From Chrysomallon squamiferum (lineage: Eukaryota; Animalia; Mollusca), in NCBI GenBank assembly GCA_012295275.1, contig CM022677.1, positions 14,260,001 to 14,324,000 of the forward strand: 64,000 bases of DNA, in the 5' to 3' direction. Both the position numbers and the translations under genes were made by a program. The notes under the pieces are model-generated. The model ran no database searches. It was not told where the DNA came from and saw only the letters and a list, made by a program, of their open reading frames with translations. Below are positions 39,187-55,155 of the stretch, one piece after another (position 1 is the stretch's first letter; the number at the start of each line of letters is the position of its first letter).

Positions 39187-42100
39187 GATTTTGCCAGGAC
39201 TGATTTTGCTTACACTGTGTAAGTTAATAACGTGGACAAAATCATCAGAAAATCCTGATATTGATGGAGGAGGTGGGAATGCTGTTGTCAAAAAAGTGCT
39301 TATGTCATCAAATTTCTTAGATATGTCTAAGATTCAGAACAAAAGCAACGCTTGAATAACTGCGATGCAGTGAAATTAATTACCAGCTTGAAGTAAATCA
39401 ATAAACATAATGCTGTGTTTTATTAGACCAATTCTTAAGATGCTGAAAAGTATCATTTTACAATGTATATATACTGTCCTAGTTATCAATACTTTTATTT
39501 AATTCTTTTACACGTTTCATTTCCTAATACATACTTTTTGTTGCTACTTAACTTTCAGCCTGAAGAACACTCATCAGACTGATGAACATGCTGGATCCAA
39601 AAGGTGTTGATACTTTTGTTGAAAATAACTTTTACAAGAAGATCATCAAAACATGGATTCTAGACCTTAACAATGTCACAAGGTAATTGCTTAATGAACA
39701 GAAAAAAATTCCCCCAAAAAGACACACATATACACACTTATTGTTATATTACAGAATAATGTATCTCAACAATAAACAATAAACAGATGTTTTGAATTTA
39801 TTTCACTATTTCATTTACAGAATTTACAACTAATTGAATAATGTAAAATGTTTGTCTGTTATCAATGTTTTTGTTGAAATTGTTTTCTCTTACTTTCTGA
39901 TTCTTGTTATTAATGTTCAGTGGAAATCACAGGGATAATATCCTGTTCCTGTCCGAGAATATGGATTATGGATTAGCTTCAGATCCCCACTCTGAGTATT
40001 TCCAGGACACTGAAATTGGTGTCGTTTCTAAAATAATTTTCAGTTTTTATCTTTTTTTTTTAAAACTATAATATTTTTTTTCTGTTCTTGCTATGTGTTG
40101 TTTACCTTGAACAAAATTATTTTATTTGAAGTTATGAAATGGCTTGATAAGTTACTGAAAATTAAGAAAATGACCACTGAACTTAATAATTATTTATTTC
40201 ATATTTGTTATTTTTATATTTCCAGTGTATGCTGACATTTATATTTTTCATCTGAAATCTTTGTTTTGTTTCTTTCAGTCAAGAAGGTGATTTTGCAAAT
40301 GAGATGGAAAGCTCATTAACTTAGATTATTATGAAGCTTCCAGAAAAGAAAATTTTAGTGAAGTATGTTTATTTCATTTGTGTAAATGGTGAATAGAGTT
40401 TATTTTTTCAACTGACATTGAAAAATATCTGGAGATATTAACTTAGATTATATCTAACTTAATTTATTCACAATTCAGTTTTCAGCTTCTGAAATATTTT
40501 GTTAATTTAATTACCAAGAGACGACATTATTATTATTATTATTTATGCATTATTTTATTCTTATATGTTTTTGTCCTTTTTGTCAAAACTAATTTTCATT
40601 TTCTGTAAAATACTTTTTTTTGTGAAATTAGTTTCAATATGATTATCCATGAAATAAAACTGTTGCTGAACTGGGGTTTGGATTGAGTGCCAGATAAAGA
40701 AGATAGGTAATTTGCTTTTGGTGTTGTGTATTTACATTTTGATTCTGTTCCCTCTTTGATTAATTTCTAAAACTAATTTTCTTGCAGCCTGACAAACCTG
40801 TGAAAGGATTGTGTATCCTCTTCTTCTGAGTTTTGATAGTGTGGTTTTGATGAGGAAGATCCAATAGCATACATTTCCATGAGTGAGAGTTGGTTCTGTC
40901 CATAATACCTCCATTTATTATGAACTCATGGTAATAATTATAAAATAGTAACAAGTCAGTAATCAGCTTAATAATATGTTAATGTTAAAGCAATCTATAT
41001 TTGTTATGAAATGTTTGGCATCACCTTTGTGTGAAAAGACAAGGTTGGTACAATAAATCCACTGAATAATAGTTGCTCCTGCAGAAACATCTTCATAACT
41101 GATTTGGACTTAAGCTGACAAAGTGAATGTTACTGTTTCATTGGTCTGTTACATATTAATTATCATTCTTTTATTGTACTTTAGTTTTTAGTAAATGCTA
41201 TTTTTGAATCAGTATTTCAAAATATCTTGCTTGTAATGGACAATTAATATTATTATATTTATTCATTTATTGTGTGAAGTCATTGTGTTTCATGATTAAA
41301 TTTTATTAGTTTTTTTTTAGTTTTTTAAATATTATTGAAAGGACTTGTCTAAGTTCAAAACATACAACAATGCTTTATGAATAAAGTCCATCATAAAGAA
41401 AAATCGTTTTTAGATTAATATTAACCAATTACTGAAAGAAGTTTGTGATGCTTCTTACGAATGTCAGTATTGCAGTGACATGCAAATGTGTGGATCATTG
41501 TCATCTGCAAATGGAGAAAATGTAACAGAAGAAAACTTAAATTTGCAGTCTAAATAGAGGTGAGATGTACTAAATATTTAAAATTATGTTTTTGTCCACA
41601 TTTATCTCTCTCTCTGGTAGATTTTTGTTCTGATGAGTCTTGAAGTTTCATTCATATAGTTTTACAACATAATCAGTATCTTGAAATACGTTTGAACAAT
41701 GATTAATTCTAAGCAATAATGTTTTGTATGTGTTGCTTTTTGTTTTTCTTTTTTCGATTACTGTAATCTTTTTTTCTTTAGCAGTTAATTTAACATTTGT
41801 TTCTTTACATTTTTTGAAGTGAGATGTGGACAAAACTGATAGTTGATGTTTAAATTATTGTCGATGTTTAAATTATTATTAAAGCTCTAGTACTAGAAGA
41901 CAGAAATGCTAATCTAATATTATTTTATTTTACAGTTACAAGCAGATAGTTACCATACTGAACAGGCTGGAAGGTAAGAACAATAACTATATATTAATTA
42001 TATTAACACTTAAAGCATTTTATTCCTCTTAAGATTGTTATGTGGTCATTTTACATTTAATTTTTAATATAGTTGAAAATGGAAATCTCAGAAGAATCTG

Positions 42101-44500
42101 TGACCTTTCAGAAGAAATAAAAATAAGTGCTGATGACAAAGATATGACTGATGAGAACTAAATTCTGTAACTGGAAGAATCGTCAGCAGAGAGATTCCAA
42201 ACTCAGCAATTGCTTCAAGAGGTATGGAATGTTTTCTTTAAAATATAGCCTAAATACATTTTGATTTAACTTCCAGTGCTAGAGATTTTTTTTTTTTTTA
42301 CTATTATTTTTTGTATATGTGTGTTTGTGTGTGTGTGTGAGTCTGTTTTTATTTTCAAAGTAAAAAAACTTTAGAGACTGAGGATGCAGTGCCCTTGTAT
42401 TGGTTTTTCTTCCATTTCATTTCTGTTTGAAATGTTTTCTATTTACATAAAAATGTATCTAAAAAAATAAAAAGTTGAAAAACAAAAAAAACAAACAATA
42501 ACAACTAAATAAATAAAAATATTATTTCCTTTCTGAATAAATAAAATAATTATTATTACTTGGAAGTAACCATACTTTATTAAAACGTACTAGGATTTAA
42601 ATAGAAGAAGAAATCAAATTGTATTCTTATTACATAATATATGCCAGAATTCTGTAACGGTGGGAAATGGTGGGACATAAATCAGTATTTATTATTTAAT
42701 TAAAAATGTTGATACAGAAGTTTTTAATTATAATCGGTTTTAATAATAATTCCAAGTAAAATGGTAGATGAAATTATTATTTAATGGTCACTGAATTATG
42801 TTGGCTTCCATTATGCATTTATTCATTTTAAAATAAATAGTTGAGCATTCTGAAGATAATTAAATATGTAAAATTAGAATGAAAGGTGGCTGAGAACTGG
42901 ATCATAGAATAAATTTGCCTGTCAGTTCTGTAATGGTTAAACTCTGATCATAATATACCTATAAAGTACCTGTGTTGTTGTATCTTCTTCAGAATGATTA
43001 ATTTTTTATTTCTCTTGATCTAAGATGCTTCTTTTATTTATTGGTTTTAGCCTGTCATGCCACAGTTTTATCATTCAGCAAACAAACTCTCTTCCACAGA
43101 AATGCTGAGATTATTTCGAAGATGTAGAAAATAAATGTGAATCCATGACATATTAATTGTACATGAATTAAAGGAACAGAAAACATATCAGTGGTTTGAG
43201 TGCAGGCTTGGTGTCTGAGAGGTAACTGGCCTACAGGTGTATGGTGTTTTGTCTCCATGTAAAGGTGCATACAAAAGATTCCTTGCTACTTGTGTCTGTC
43301 AGCTTATTCTTTAACACCAGTATGCAGAAAATATTTTTGTCCCAAAACTATTAATAAATGAGTTTGTTTTTTTATTTTTCACTTTTCAGCAGTAAGCCTC
43401 ACAAATAAAAACTTATTTTGGTAAAACAGGTTTACTTTGGAGAAAAACAGAAATGATTACAGAAAAAATATATCTAAATATGCTTTGGTTTTGAATTGTC
43501 AGGTTTTGTTCTCTCTGCCACTAGGCAAATAAGGAACTGTATACATTATTGTTGTTACATCATAATCAGTGATATATACAAGTTTTATGAAATATTAATA
43601 CAAAATATTTTTCTGTTCTATGTTTTTCAGAGCCAGTAAAGAACTTGGTGAAAAATACTGTAACGCTGAATGTGTGAATATTTATTTTATTTTATTTTAT
43701 TTTATAATTTAAGTAGTTCTGTGTCTAACCTAAATTACTTAACTTTGTTAATGGTATTTACAGTTGGTTAAACTAACAAATCCTTAGAAATATTTTTATA
43801 AAATACTTTTCCTAGCTTTTTCATTAGAATAATATATATTAGAAAGAGAATGTAAATAATTTGTTTAGATTTTGTTTAAGAAGTGCTGTTATTGTTTTTA
43901 TTAAACCTCATTTTTTTCTAAATATGGTACTCTTTTGAAAAATTAGTGACATCTGCCAGCTGCAAGAAACACTGGAGAGAGAGAAGGAAATATGTTCCAA
44001 ATTAGAAGTTAGTTCAGTTCTAATATATATTTGTTCTTGAACTTAATGGACACATTCATTCTTCCATCATACATCAGTATCTTAAAAATAAAAACTGACA
44101 AATTTTGGTTTGATAATTTATCTGCCATAATTTCAATCTGATCAGAAATAATATAAACAGTTTAGATTAACAAAACATTCCTAAATAACTGAAAACCTGC
44201 TGAATGCCTTACATTTATATATTTTTCAGTTGATACGATTACAGGCAGGTTTACTTTGACTTTTTTTCTTTTGCAAGTTTGACTTCATTAAACACATCAT
44301 CGTATATTGGCCAGTTGCAAGTTTATTATGTAAGAGGTGATCAGTATTGTAGAAGATGTAATTTTGTTTGCAGGAAAATGTATTGAAAGAGAAAAGAGTC
44401 GGGCAGTATGACTTGCAGCACAGTTGGAAATCGGTCCACCAAAATTTTGATAGAGAATGCATGGATTATGAGGTTGGTTAACTTGTACAAGTGAAAACTT
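39187..44500 (+). other. Series of exon-like segments of an unidentified decayed gene or lncRNA
   Basis: Multiple polypyrimidine-ag...gt(a/g)ag-like bounded blocks (e.g. ~39187-39218, 39559-39682, 39921-40018, 40279-40363, 41937-41973, 42073-42221) with no continuous ORF and no recognised domain. Confidence 0.35.
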
Positions 44501-45594
44501 AGACTTTAATAAGTACAACTGAAACCATGTCTTATTCTTTGATTATTTTTTACTATGTTAATTTGTAACTTGATTATTTGTGCCTCTATACAGGAAACAA
44601 ACATGATTAGAATTTGTCAGGTATTTCATAAAGTTGATACTTTTTTCCACAAAATAATAATAAAAAGAAACCATCAAAGCAGTAAAAAAATAAACAAAAC
44701 AAATATCTTTCTATTCATTGTTTTATTCAGTGATAACAAAACAAAAACATTTTCTTTTTTATGATGAATAAAAATTAAAAAGAAGAAACAATAAAAATAA
44801 TTTGTCATTAATTCTATTTAATATCAAAACGTAAGTAAGGTAATTTTTAAAGGGATTCTTCGTACATAACACTGTGTTTAAAGAAAACAGTATATAGTGA
44901 TATAACAATAATAAGTAAGACACCTTTAGAGTTCATATATATTTATTGGTTCAGGTATTGGTTAGTCATTTATTTCAGTCTGTAAGCAAGTAATCAAAAC
45001 TAATGCACAAGTGTATGTATATTTTTGTAACATATATTACAGATTAAATCCAGGATATTTCCTACAGAATAAATTGTAATAACATAAAATTTGATCTAGA
45101 TCCATAAAGAACACAGATGTTTTTCTGAAAGTCTCATCACTGAAACCAGCTTTTTGTGTCAAAAGATATTTTAATAACAAATTAATAATAAAACTAAACG
45201 AAACAAAAATGCTGATAATATTATAGTTTAATATCAGTCTGAAAAGAAAATATAAAAACATATATTAAATAGTAATACGAATAATAATAATAAAGTAATA
45301 ATAAACTGTTTTGAATACATTTGTCTAACCTATCTATTTTTCTAGAACACTATCTCTGGTTTAACAACTGATGAATTGAAAGTTAAAATTGCTAAAGAGA
45401 TAGCATCTGTTAAAAGCAGACTAGCAAACAGTCAGACAGCTCCTGATGTTCTGGTTTGTATTAATTCATACTGGCAGATCGCCTCTTTAACAGCCCCTTT
45501 CAATTCATCAGTTAAGCTCAGAAGATATTCTATGAATGGACCAATGGCTTCTTCAACTGAATATTACTTTGACCAACCAATAATCGTAATTAAA

Positions 45595-45794
45595 NNNNNN
45601 NNNNNNNNNNNNNNNNNNNNNNNNNNNNNNNNNNNNNNNNNNNNNNNNNNNNNNNNNNNNNNNNNNNNNNNNNNNNNNNNNNNNNNNNNNNNNNNNNNNN
45701 NNNNNNNNNNNNNNNNNNNNNNNNNNNNNNNNNNNNNNNNNNNNNNNNNNNNNNNNNNNNNNNNNNNNNNNNNNNNNNNNNNNNNNNNNNNNNN
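45595..45794. other. Assembly gap (200 N)
   Basis: Run of N; the round length indicates a scaffolding placeholder. Confidence 0.99.
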
Positions 45795-47326
45795 TGAATA
45801 AATGTTATCTCTGTCTCTTTACCTCTCCATCTCTCAATCAGTCAATCAGTCAGTCAAGCAATGTGGGACTGATTGTCATTGTATCTACCTATCACTCTAT
45901 CTGTCAAATTACATATCACTCATAATTTTGGGAGAATGCCAGATTTTCACTTATATTAATTTGCACACAACAGTTTTTATTCATCTATTTCTCTATCAGT
46001 CTATCTCTAATGTTCTAAATCTGTCTTTCTAGGTTTCAACCTACAAATCAATTTACTGCCAGTCAGTGTGTATATCTCTTTAGCTATCTATAAAACACAT
46101 ACACAAACATAATTATATATTCTTTACAATCTCTTTATCTAGCTATAAAACACATACACAAACATAACTCACGCTAATTCACATATTCATATCTTTATCT
46201 ATCTATAAAACACATACACAAACATAATTAACTCTAATTCACATACTCCCATCCTATTTCACTAACACATTAACATACTAACACTTTCTTCCTCAAACAT
46301 ATATCAGCACAGCTCTACAAAGATGAAATTGTCTTTGTCCTCCCAGTATTGGGTAATTTACTTTGACAATATTTTTATTTTTAAAGAATTTCATTCTCTT
46401 GGTGTGAACACTGTCAGTGTGTATTAAAACAGTCACATTTTGATGGATTGTTCTCATTTACAATCATTTAAACCTCCGCTTTTTCAAAATATGGTCTTAT
46501 ATTGATCCTTTTATCACTTTATTTTATGTGTATAATGAACTGCTTCTAAGTAGTTCTCATAGATTTCACTCAACATGCACATCAGGATCCACAGAACTCA
46601 GTGAAAATTTACATGAAGCATTTAATAAAGGTCAGTAACTCACTGTACATCTTATTGAAACTTAGAATATTTATTTGTCAAAATAAATGTGTATTTTTTA
46701 ATCTTTTTCTATTAACTGTTTACACTTTGTAAAATGTAAATATTTGTCATTTTATTTTAAAGACTAATTAGTGATATTTAGAGGTTGTTAAATGTACAAA
46801 TAGAGAGAGTGATTATGTGAAATACTGATTTGTCTTCACAGACATCTTATAAAGTACACACACAATACACTCTATGCTGTCACACAATTAGAACAAAATA
46901 TTTTATATATCAAAAAAGAATAAATAAATAAATAAAAATGAATAAATGCATAAATAAATAAATAAATAAATAAAAATGAATAAATGCGTAAATAAATAAA
47001 TAAAAACAAATTAATAAAGAAAAATAAATAAATAAATAAAATGATAGTGACAGGCCAGGAGTTGGTTCATTTAGCTTGGAAAGAGGATATTTGAGCTAAA
47101 CACAAAAGTGTTTAATAAACAAGTGTTTAGCAGGTTGATAATCAACAACTCCACCCAGTGGTTCATATACACATACATATACATACATACACACATACAT
47201 ACACACATACATACACACATACATACACATATATACACACATACATATACATATACATACACACACCTATACAAACGTAAACACAGACATACATACACAT
47301 ACAGAAACAACACACAGATACCAATA

Positions 47327-47365
<39 letters not shown>

Positions 47366-47930
47366 GCCTACAATTATATGTGTATATATGTATATAGGCT
47401 ACAGACAAACAGTCTCACATAAATACATGTACAAATGCACATGAACAAACATATACAACATATACCCCACGTTCATACACAAAGTACACAAATAATCACC
47501 TATTTACTATTACTGTAATACACATGCACACACATGCTCATATGCAAACGTGTGTGCTTATATGCAGAAAAATATGCAAACACGCATAAACAGTTGTTTT
47601 AATCTAGTCACATATTCATATAGCCAGACATATACTCACCAACAATAACTTGTGTATACACATAATATGCAAACACAGACTAACACACACACACACACAC
47701 TGTATTTGACATCTATCATTCACACTGACAGTATCACAGACACTATGTATCTGTTCTTTCTGATTAACAATCCATCTCTTTCCATGTCTCTTTAAATTCC
47801 TGTCTTTTACAGTCAAGTACTTGTATTACTTGCATACTACTGCTTTACAGCCACAATGTGACTTTGTTATCTTAAGTCTGAAACCAGTTACACCCTTTTA
47901 TATAAATATAAATATCACACACACAGACAT

Positions 47931-47995
<65 letters not shown>

Positions 47996-48309
47996 CATAT
48001 ACAGACACATAACCACAAACACTTAGATACTTTTAATTTATGACATTGTTATTTAACAACAAAATGAATGAACATTTGCTAGTACATCAAATGAAACATT
48101 CAGATAATGTGAATTTTTTTCTTCTCTAATATGTAAACTAATAAAAACAAATTAATATAAATACATTATACAGAATAATTTTTCATACAGTAAGGATGAT
48201 AAAATTAGAAACAGATATTTACAATCAGACATAGTATTTTCATGTATATCTTCAAATGTCTGTCAAATGACTATGTCAAAAAAATAATGTTTTTCTTTTT
48301 TGTTATAAA

Positions 48310-48775
48310 CAAATTATAATTATCCCTAATTATATAATTTTAAATGATTAACCCCAGCAACCCTTGATTTAACCTGATCTAAAGATAAGGAAAACAAATT
48401 GTTACTTTTGATATTTGTTTTTTCAATAAAAAATTTTAATTATCCCAAATTACATAATCTTCAGTAATATTTACATTGATTACCCCTAGCAAACCCTTGA
48501 TTTTCCCCTGATTTAAATAGTAAATACAAAATAATAATGTTGTTGTTTTTTATTAAAAAATTCTAATTACCCCTAATTACATAATCTTCAATTATATTTT
48601 CATTGATTACCTCTAGCAAACCCTTGATTTTCCCCTGATTTAAATAAGAAAATAAAGTTATGTTGTTGTTTTTTTTATAAAAAATTCTAATTATCCCTAA
48701 TTACATAATGTTAAACATATTTACACTGATTATCCCAGCAAACCCTTAATTTTCCCCAATTTAAATAATACAAAA
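48310..48775. repeat. ~125-bp tandem repeat, ~4 copies
   Basis: aattatccctaattacataat...gattacccctagcaaacccttgattttcccctgatttaaata recurs at ~48318, 48438, 48565 and 48689. Confidence 0.85.
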
Positions 48776-48899
48776 TTTAGATTATTAAAAATTTAACACC
48801 TCTATGCACTATCACATTACTTTTAGCTTATATAGAAAAATGGCATTCCATAGCAATGATGAATCTCTATTCCTCTTTCAGCGAGAAAAATTAGAATAA

Positions 48900-50873
48900 C
48901 TATGCACACATCAAAGATAAAAACAATGCAAGCTGCTATGAAGTACAATGTGTACACTGATGTTCTGATCACATTGACAATGCAGTCTCTTGGAGATCAC
49001 TGAATTTTCAAAATTCAAATTACATTTCAGACAGATTTTCTCTTGAAAGTGTTGAGCTTTCTCTGGACAGGGAAGACTATGATGTAATAGCATTCTGGTG
49101 CTCTAGTTAACCTTTTCTGAAAATGGGTCTTACAGCATTTTCAACTGAAGTGCTGGCTAAGGCAGCTTGAATCTGTTGTCTAGGATCCTACAACAAAATA
49201 TAATATTCATTAATAAACTAAACATAAAATAAAGTGAAAGAAGCTCTAACTGCATTTCACTGTCTTAGCAAGAAGACTTGTAGTCCACATTTTTGTTTTT
49301 TCTATATACTTATAATAAAAATAAAATATTATAAATGTTTTTATATTCTTATTTGCAATCAGATTAACATTATGTTTTTAACTTTTATATAAAAGGATTA
49401 AAATAGCAATACGTCAATAAAAGAGATTATGAAAATATGTTTTAATATATTTGAATACTTCTGTAACTTGGTAAAATTTGATATTTACACTGTGTTTTAG
49501 ACTTTTAGACCAGTTTAAGAAGACTGTCAGCAATATTAAGTAAACATTTTTAACCTATACAGCTATTGTATTAGACAGTAAGTAACCTTTAACAATTCTT
49601 AATAACAAATTATTTGATTAATTAAAACATTTAATTGTAATATTCTTTCCTGCCACTTTAATGTAATTTAAATTTTGTCATTAATGAAATATATTTTGTC
49701 TTATAAATAAACCACAATTATCAGCTAACAGTTCAATAATGAATCATTTAGGTATTTTTAAAATGTATTTAAAACAAAGAAAACATTACACATGCATATG
49801 ACAAAATAACAAAAGAAGCTAAATCTATCAAGCCAATTTATGCATCTTTTAAATTACAACCTTTCAAATCCACCAAAATTCTATCCATCTAATAAATTTC
49901 AAAATAATGTAAATATCTTTAGCCCTACCATGTAAATTAATTAAATGTATGTATTTCAGATTAGAGTGAGATATTAATAACATCAAATTACAAATTTGTA
50001 CAAATGTTCTGCTCACTACTCTATTAGGCTGTCCTGCAAATTATTACATTGATTCTATCTATTAATTTTAATCATTTTACAAAAATACAAATGTATTATC
50101 TTTTCAAATGCATGGTTTAATTCAGTATAAGAGAAAATATTTTGCATAGAATTATTTATAACTGAAATAAAATGGAAAGGTTTACAACGAATAATGTATT
50201 TAAATACCTGCTGGACAGCACCAAATACTTCAACTCTACTGGAGACTCGAGCTGCTCTTTGGTCCAAAATGTCAATCTGAGTTTGTATTTTTGAAACAAT
50301 TTCTTGAATATTTTTATCCTTAACAAGCTGATTTAACTTCTGAAAATAAACAGTTTAAATCCACAGTTTAGTACAATGCTGACATTGGACAAGAGTTGTC
50401 AGAGTCCCATATGAGTTGTCTGAGTAAATAAATAAATAAATAAATAAATAAAACACTGTAAAAAATATAAAATACTGCTACTACTACATTTACTGCAAAA
50501 CTACTATTTGTATAGCAATCATTACTATACTTACTATTTACTATTATTTCTTATTCAACTAGGATTACTGTTATTGAAATAATATTCCTATTACTAAAAT
50601 TACTATCAATTAATAATAAAAATGATATTTTTTACTCTCGTCATTATTACTCCTGTAGAGAGAGTGAGAGACAGAGAACAAAATACTTACATACATATCA
50701 TATGTGACACTGTGTGAAGGCTGACAGTTCCATCTGGTAACAGGAAAGTTAAAAAATGTTAAATACTCATAAAATATGATGCTGCTTCTTCTTTTGTTTT
50801 AAAATGTAGAAATTTACAACAAAATAATCAGGTTTATATGAAAGGAAGTGTTGTGTGTGTGTGTGTGTGTGTG

Positions 50874-50909
<36 letters not shown>

Positions 50910-53270
50910 CATGAATTAAAATGCACTATATGATACAAGATTCTAATGTACATGCATGTGTACTTACTGGTATATGTTACAAAATCCAACCTCCAACATT
51001 AATTTAAATTAAACTGCATTAGGTTTAGAATAATTGAAATACATAAGAAAACAAACTCAAATTCACCTGTTCAGTTTTGTTGTTTTTTTCTCTTTTCCAG
51101 TGGCAACAGTACAAACTTGTTCCTCAGTGCTGGACATCACCTTCTACTGAAACAACTTCACTAGCCAACATCAGCACATCAATTAGAGCTGTATGTGTAT
51201 TCTGAAAAAAAAATACAAATAAAATAATAAAAATAATAAACTGTTATAAATAAATAAATAATGTTTCTGTTATTATTAAAATTAAAATTTTGCTGTTACC
51301 AGTTACTGGATTATTCAGACACAAAGGGGTGTGGGATATTTTTGATGTACTTTGTATACTCATTATAATGATAATGATGGTAATGTTAATAATTCAAATA
51401 ATTAACAAAACATTAGGAAACAAATGATTATTATTATACTATTTTGTGAAGAGATGTTACTATAAAACGTATTTTACTAAGAAATAAAAATAAGATAAAA
51501 ATTTACAACTTGGAATTGTGCAGTCTGCAGTGTCTGTACAGCTGATTTATCCTTCTCCATAACATAAATTCCCTTTCTAGACAGCAACTGAACAATACTG
51601 CAGTGACATACAAAAAATATTTAACAATCTACATTTCTCTGATAAATGCATAATTTATTTTGATTATTATCATTCATGCAATATTTCTCTCTCATACACA
51701 TAAATAAATATATATACATATATAAACTAATAAACGAACATACCCTGCCACTGTTGAGAGGTTTCTGAAAATATTTTAACACAGGCCTGACAGATCACTT
51801 GACACCAGACTGTTGATTCACATTATCCTTAGTCTCTTGTATCCCTTTTCACCAAAATGGCCTCAGTATTTATGATGCTGAAGTAGGGGACTGGGACCTG
51901 GGATATTGAGCCCACTCTGTTGTCTGAATCAGGTACAGGACTAGCTCAGTCATTTGAACTATCAATGTCCCTGACATCACTCTCATGAATGTTGCCTTCC
52001 CGAGTCTCATCTTGTTCTGCTGCAGCTACAGCCTTTGTTTTCTTCTCTCTCTTTTCTTTATCTTCACATCCAGCTTCATTCTCAGATGTCACCTGCTGCT
52101 CAACTTTCTGGCTGTTATTTTTGCCATGGCAGTCATCTGCCTAGTTTTTTGTTTTGCAGCATAGGAAATGAAGTCTTTTTACCAGCATCAGTAATAATAT
52201 GAAAAATAAAATGGATAATAATAATAAAGATTACAAAAATAATAGAAATAAAAATAAACATAATAATAAAAATAAAATGTAGTAATAATAATAAAAAGAA
52301 GAAGATGAAAAAGAAGGAATTACAACAAAACAAAACAAAGTGTAAATAAATAAATTAAAATTGACCATTAAGAAAAGAAGGGAAACAAAGAATAGGATAA
52401 CTAATTATTTGTGTGTGTTAAATATTATTGTAACAAATAATTTTATTAATGTTTTACAGCATCTACATATGAAATAACCTGGTCATGTAGTTCTTAAATT
52501 TGTATTCATCTTTATTTGTTTTTAGTGTTAACATAGAGCTACACAGGTATTTAGCTTAAATAATATGAAGGCATTTAGGGACCCACCCATTATAAAGTTT
52601 AATGTTTAATAATTATAGAGCAAGTCAGCAATTTAACCTAAATCTTTGAAAATAATAAATCATAAATAAACTGACAGAAAACAACCTGTCAAACAAAATT
52701 AGCATATTTTCTTTTAATAGTTATATTAGTTTATTTCAAAAAAAAAAAAAAAATAAAATAAAATAAAATAATAAATAAATAAATAAACAATAACAATAAC
52801 AATAATAATAATACAATTTTTAAATTCTCTGTGACTTGTTGTGTGGTGTTTCCTTTGGTTTGTGCTACACAAATCAATTTATTTTAAAACAAATTTAATT
52901 ACTGGCCACTCAAAGTTTGCTGATACATCATGACGTTGTTTATGTTGTTCACATTAGTACAACCACTGGTGAATGTTATTATTAATCGAGTGTCGTTATC
53001 TGAAAAAATTCTAAATAAATAAATAAATAAATAATTATTGTTCTCAAATAATATGGCTGCCATCAGTTGTCTATGACTTTTAAATTATAATTAAATAAAA
53101 CGAAAAAATCCAAACACATTAACATTTATAATAATAAATAGTAATACCTGTCTCCTTCACAAAATCAAATACTTTAAACAACTTTTTTTTAATGCGATTA
53201 CACCAATTCTGTAGAAAATTCTTCGAACACTAAACAAAAAAGTAAATCCGTAAAGACCGACAATCATCCC
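48900..53270 (-). pseudogene. Unidentified multi-exon gene remnant
   Basis: Splice-bounded minus-strand blocks include ~50339-50208 KLNQLVKDKNIQEIVSKIQTQIDILDQRAARVSSRVEVFGAVQQ, ~51201-51067 and ~52140-51744 (acidic low-complexity with stops), plus a putative first exon near 53150-53270. Confidence 0.4.
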
Positions 53271-53829
53271 GCATTTTTCCGCATATACAATCACCCCCCC
53301 AAAAAAAAATCAAAACAAAATTAAAATAATGTTCAAAACAAATAAAATAAAATAAAGAAACATCACAATCTCAATTAAAATATATTTATTTTATTTGTTT
53401 ATTTATATATTTTTTATCTTATTATTAGCCAATCGTTGATGGTAAACTTCAAATAAACGGTGTTATAATTTTTTTTCCCCTACTTTTTCTTTCTTCTTCT
53501 TATTTATATTAATGCACCAAATAAAATCACAAAACTTACAACTCACACTACAAGTTACTTATTATTGTGCAGGAATTTACCAATATTTGAGATACGTCTG
53601 AAAACATTGTCTGAAAAAAAAAAATATATATTATTTTGCCTTTTATTAAATATAGCAATTAGTGTCCATATCCTACATTAAAAAAAATATAATTAATATT
53701 TCTATTAACGAGGCGGTAATGCCGTCGGTCCAGGATTGTTCCTAACGTCATTGGTGTACACCTCTTCAAATACATTATTGTGATTTCTAGTAATGTCGCC
53801 GTCGTTCCAGTATTAACGTCTTGGTTAAT

Positions 53830-54680
53830 ATCACACGTCACTGTACAGTATTTCTTTACTTAATACTACTAATATCACGTCACAGTTTTTAATTTACTTA
53901 ATACTGCTAATATCGCGTTACTGTACATATTTATTTTGCTTAATGTCTGCTACTATCACGTTACTGTACACTTCTTTTTAATTAACATTGCTAATATAAC
54001 GCTGCTGTACAGTGTTTATTTAATTAATACCGCTAGTATCACGTTACTGTACAGTATTTATTTTAATGGTGCTAATATCACGTTACTGTACAGTATTGAT
54101 TTATTTGACGCTCCTAATATCACGTTACTGTACAGTTCTTTTTTTACTACTGCTAATATCACTTTACTGCACAATATTTATTTACTTATCTCTGGTAATA
54201 TCACGTTACTGTACAATAGTTATTTAGTTAATGCTGCTCATATCACGTGTCTACAGTATTTATTTACTTAATACTGCTAATATCATTTTTTCTGTTCAGT
54301 ATTTATTTACTTAATACTGCTAATATCATTTTTTCTGTTCAGTATTTATTTACTTAATACTGCTAATATCATTTTTTCTGTTCAGTATTTATTTACTTAA
54401 TACTGCTAATATCGTTACTGTACAGTATTTATTTAATTAATACTGCTAATATCACGTTACTGTACATTATTTATTTACTTAATGCTGCTAATATCATTTT
54501 TTTTCTAATATCGTTACTTACAGTATTTATTTAATTAATACCGCTAATTCAGTTACTGTACATTATTTATTTCCTTAATGCTTCTAATATCATTTTTTCT
54601 GTTCAGTGCTTCTAATATCGTGTACAGTGTTTATTTACTTAGTGTCTGCTAATATCACAATACAGTATTTATTTACTTAA
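53830..54680. repeat. ~42-bp minisatellite, ~20 copies
   Basis: Unit taatactgctaatatcacgttactgtacagtatttatttact. Confidence 0.92.
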
Positions 54681-55155
54681 GAGGAGATTCTTCACATTTC
54701 GCAGAATAAGGTCCGCTACAGAGAGAAAGAATGAAAAAGAAAAAGAAAAATAGAAATGAAATAAAGTGTAATGATTTTGTATAAAAACATTTTGTATCAA
54801 TTAAAACTGACATTTATTCAAACACATTCATAAAATAAAATTAAAAAAATTAAAAATATGGAATAACATAATAAAAAACAGAAATGTCATAAAATGTCTT
54901 AACATGGCGAGTTTGCATAAACGATTAAGAAGTAGTGACATCTAATTTGTATGTGTTTTGAAGAAGAAACAGAACAACTGCAGACAACTCTTCAAAATCT
55001 TCATAACTTAAGAAGTGCGCCACTTCTAAATGACAGCTGTAATGCACATTTTGATCTGTTATTTTTTGTTCTCTTTTTTTTTCTTGAGGAGTGTTTTTGT
55101 TTTCTTTTTTGTCTGTATGTTACTTTATTCTGACATAAACAAATTATTAATATAA

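Noticed and set aside
44330-44500. Possible death-domain-like peptide (LAAQLEIG...)
   Set aside because: Too short and interrupted by stops to support a call.
45376-45801. 141-aa ORF in the track
   Set aside because: Artefact of reading through the N gap.
46900-48012. ORFs rich in CV/HT/YI dipeptides here and elsewhere in the window
   Set aside because: Translations of (CA)n, (TA)n and (GA)n microsatellites.
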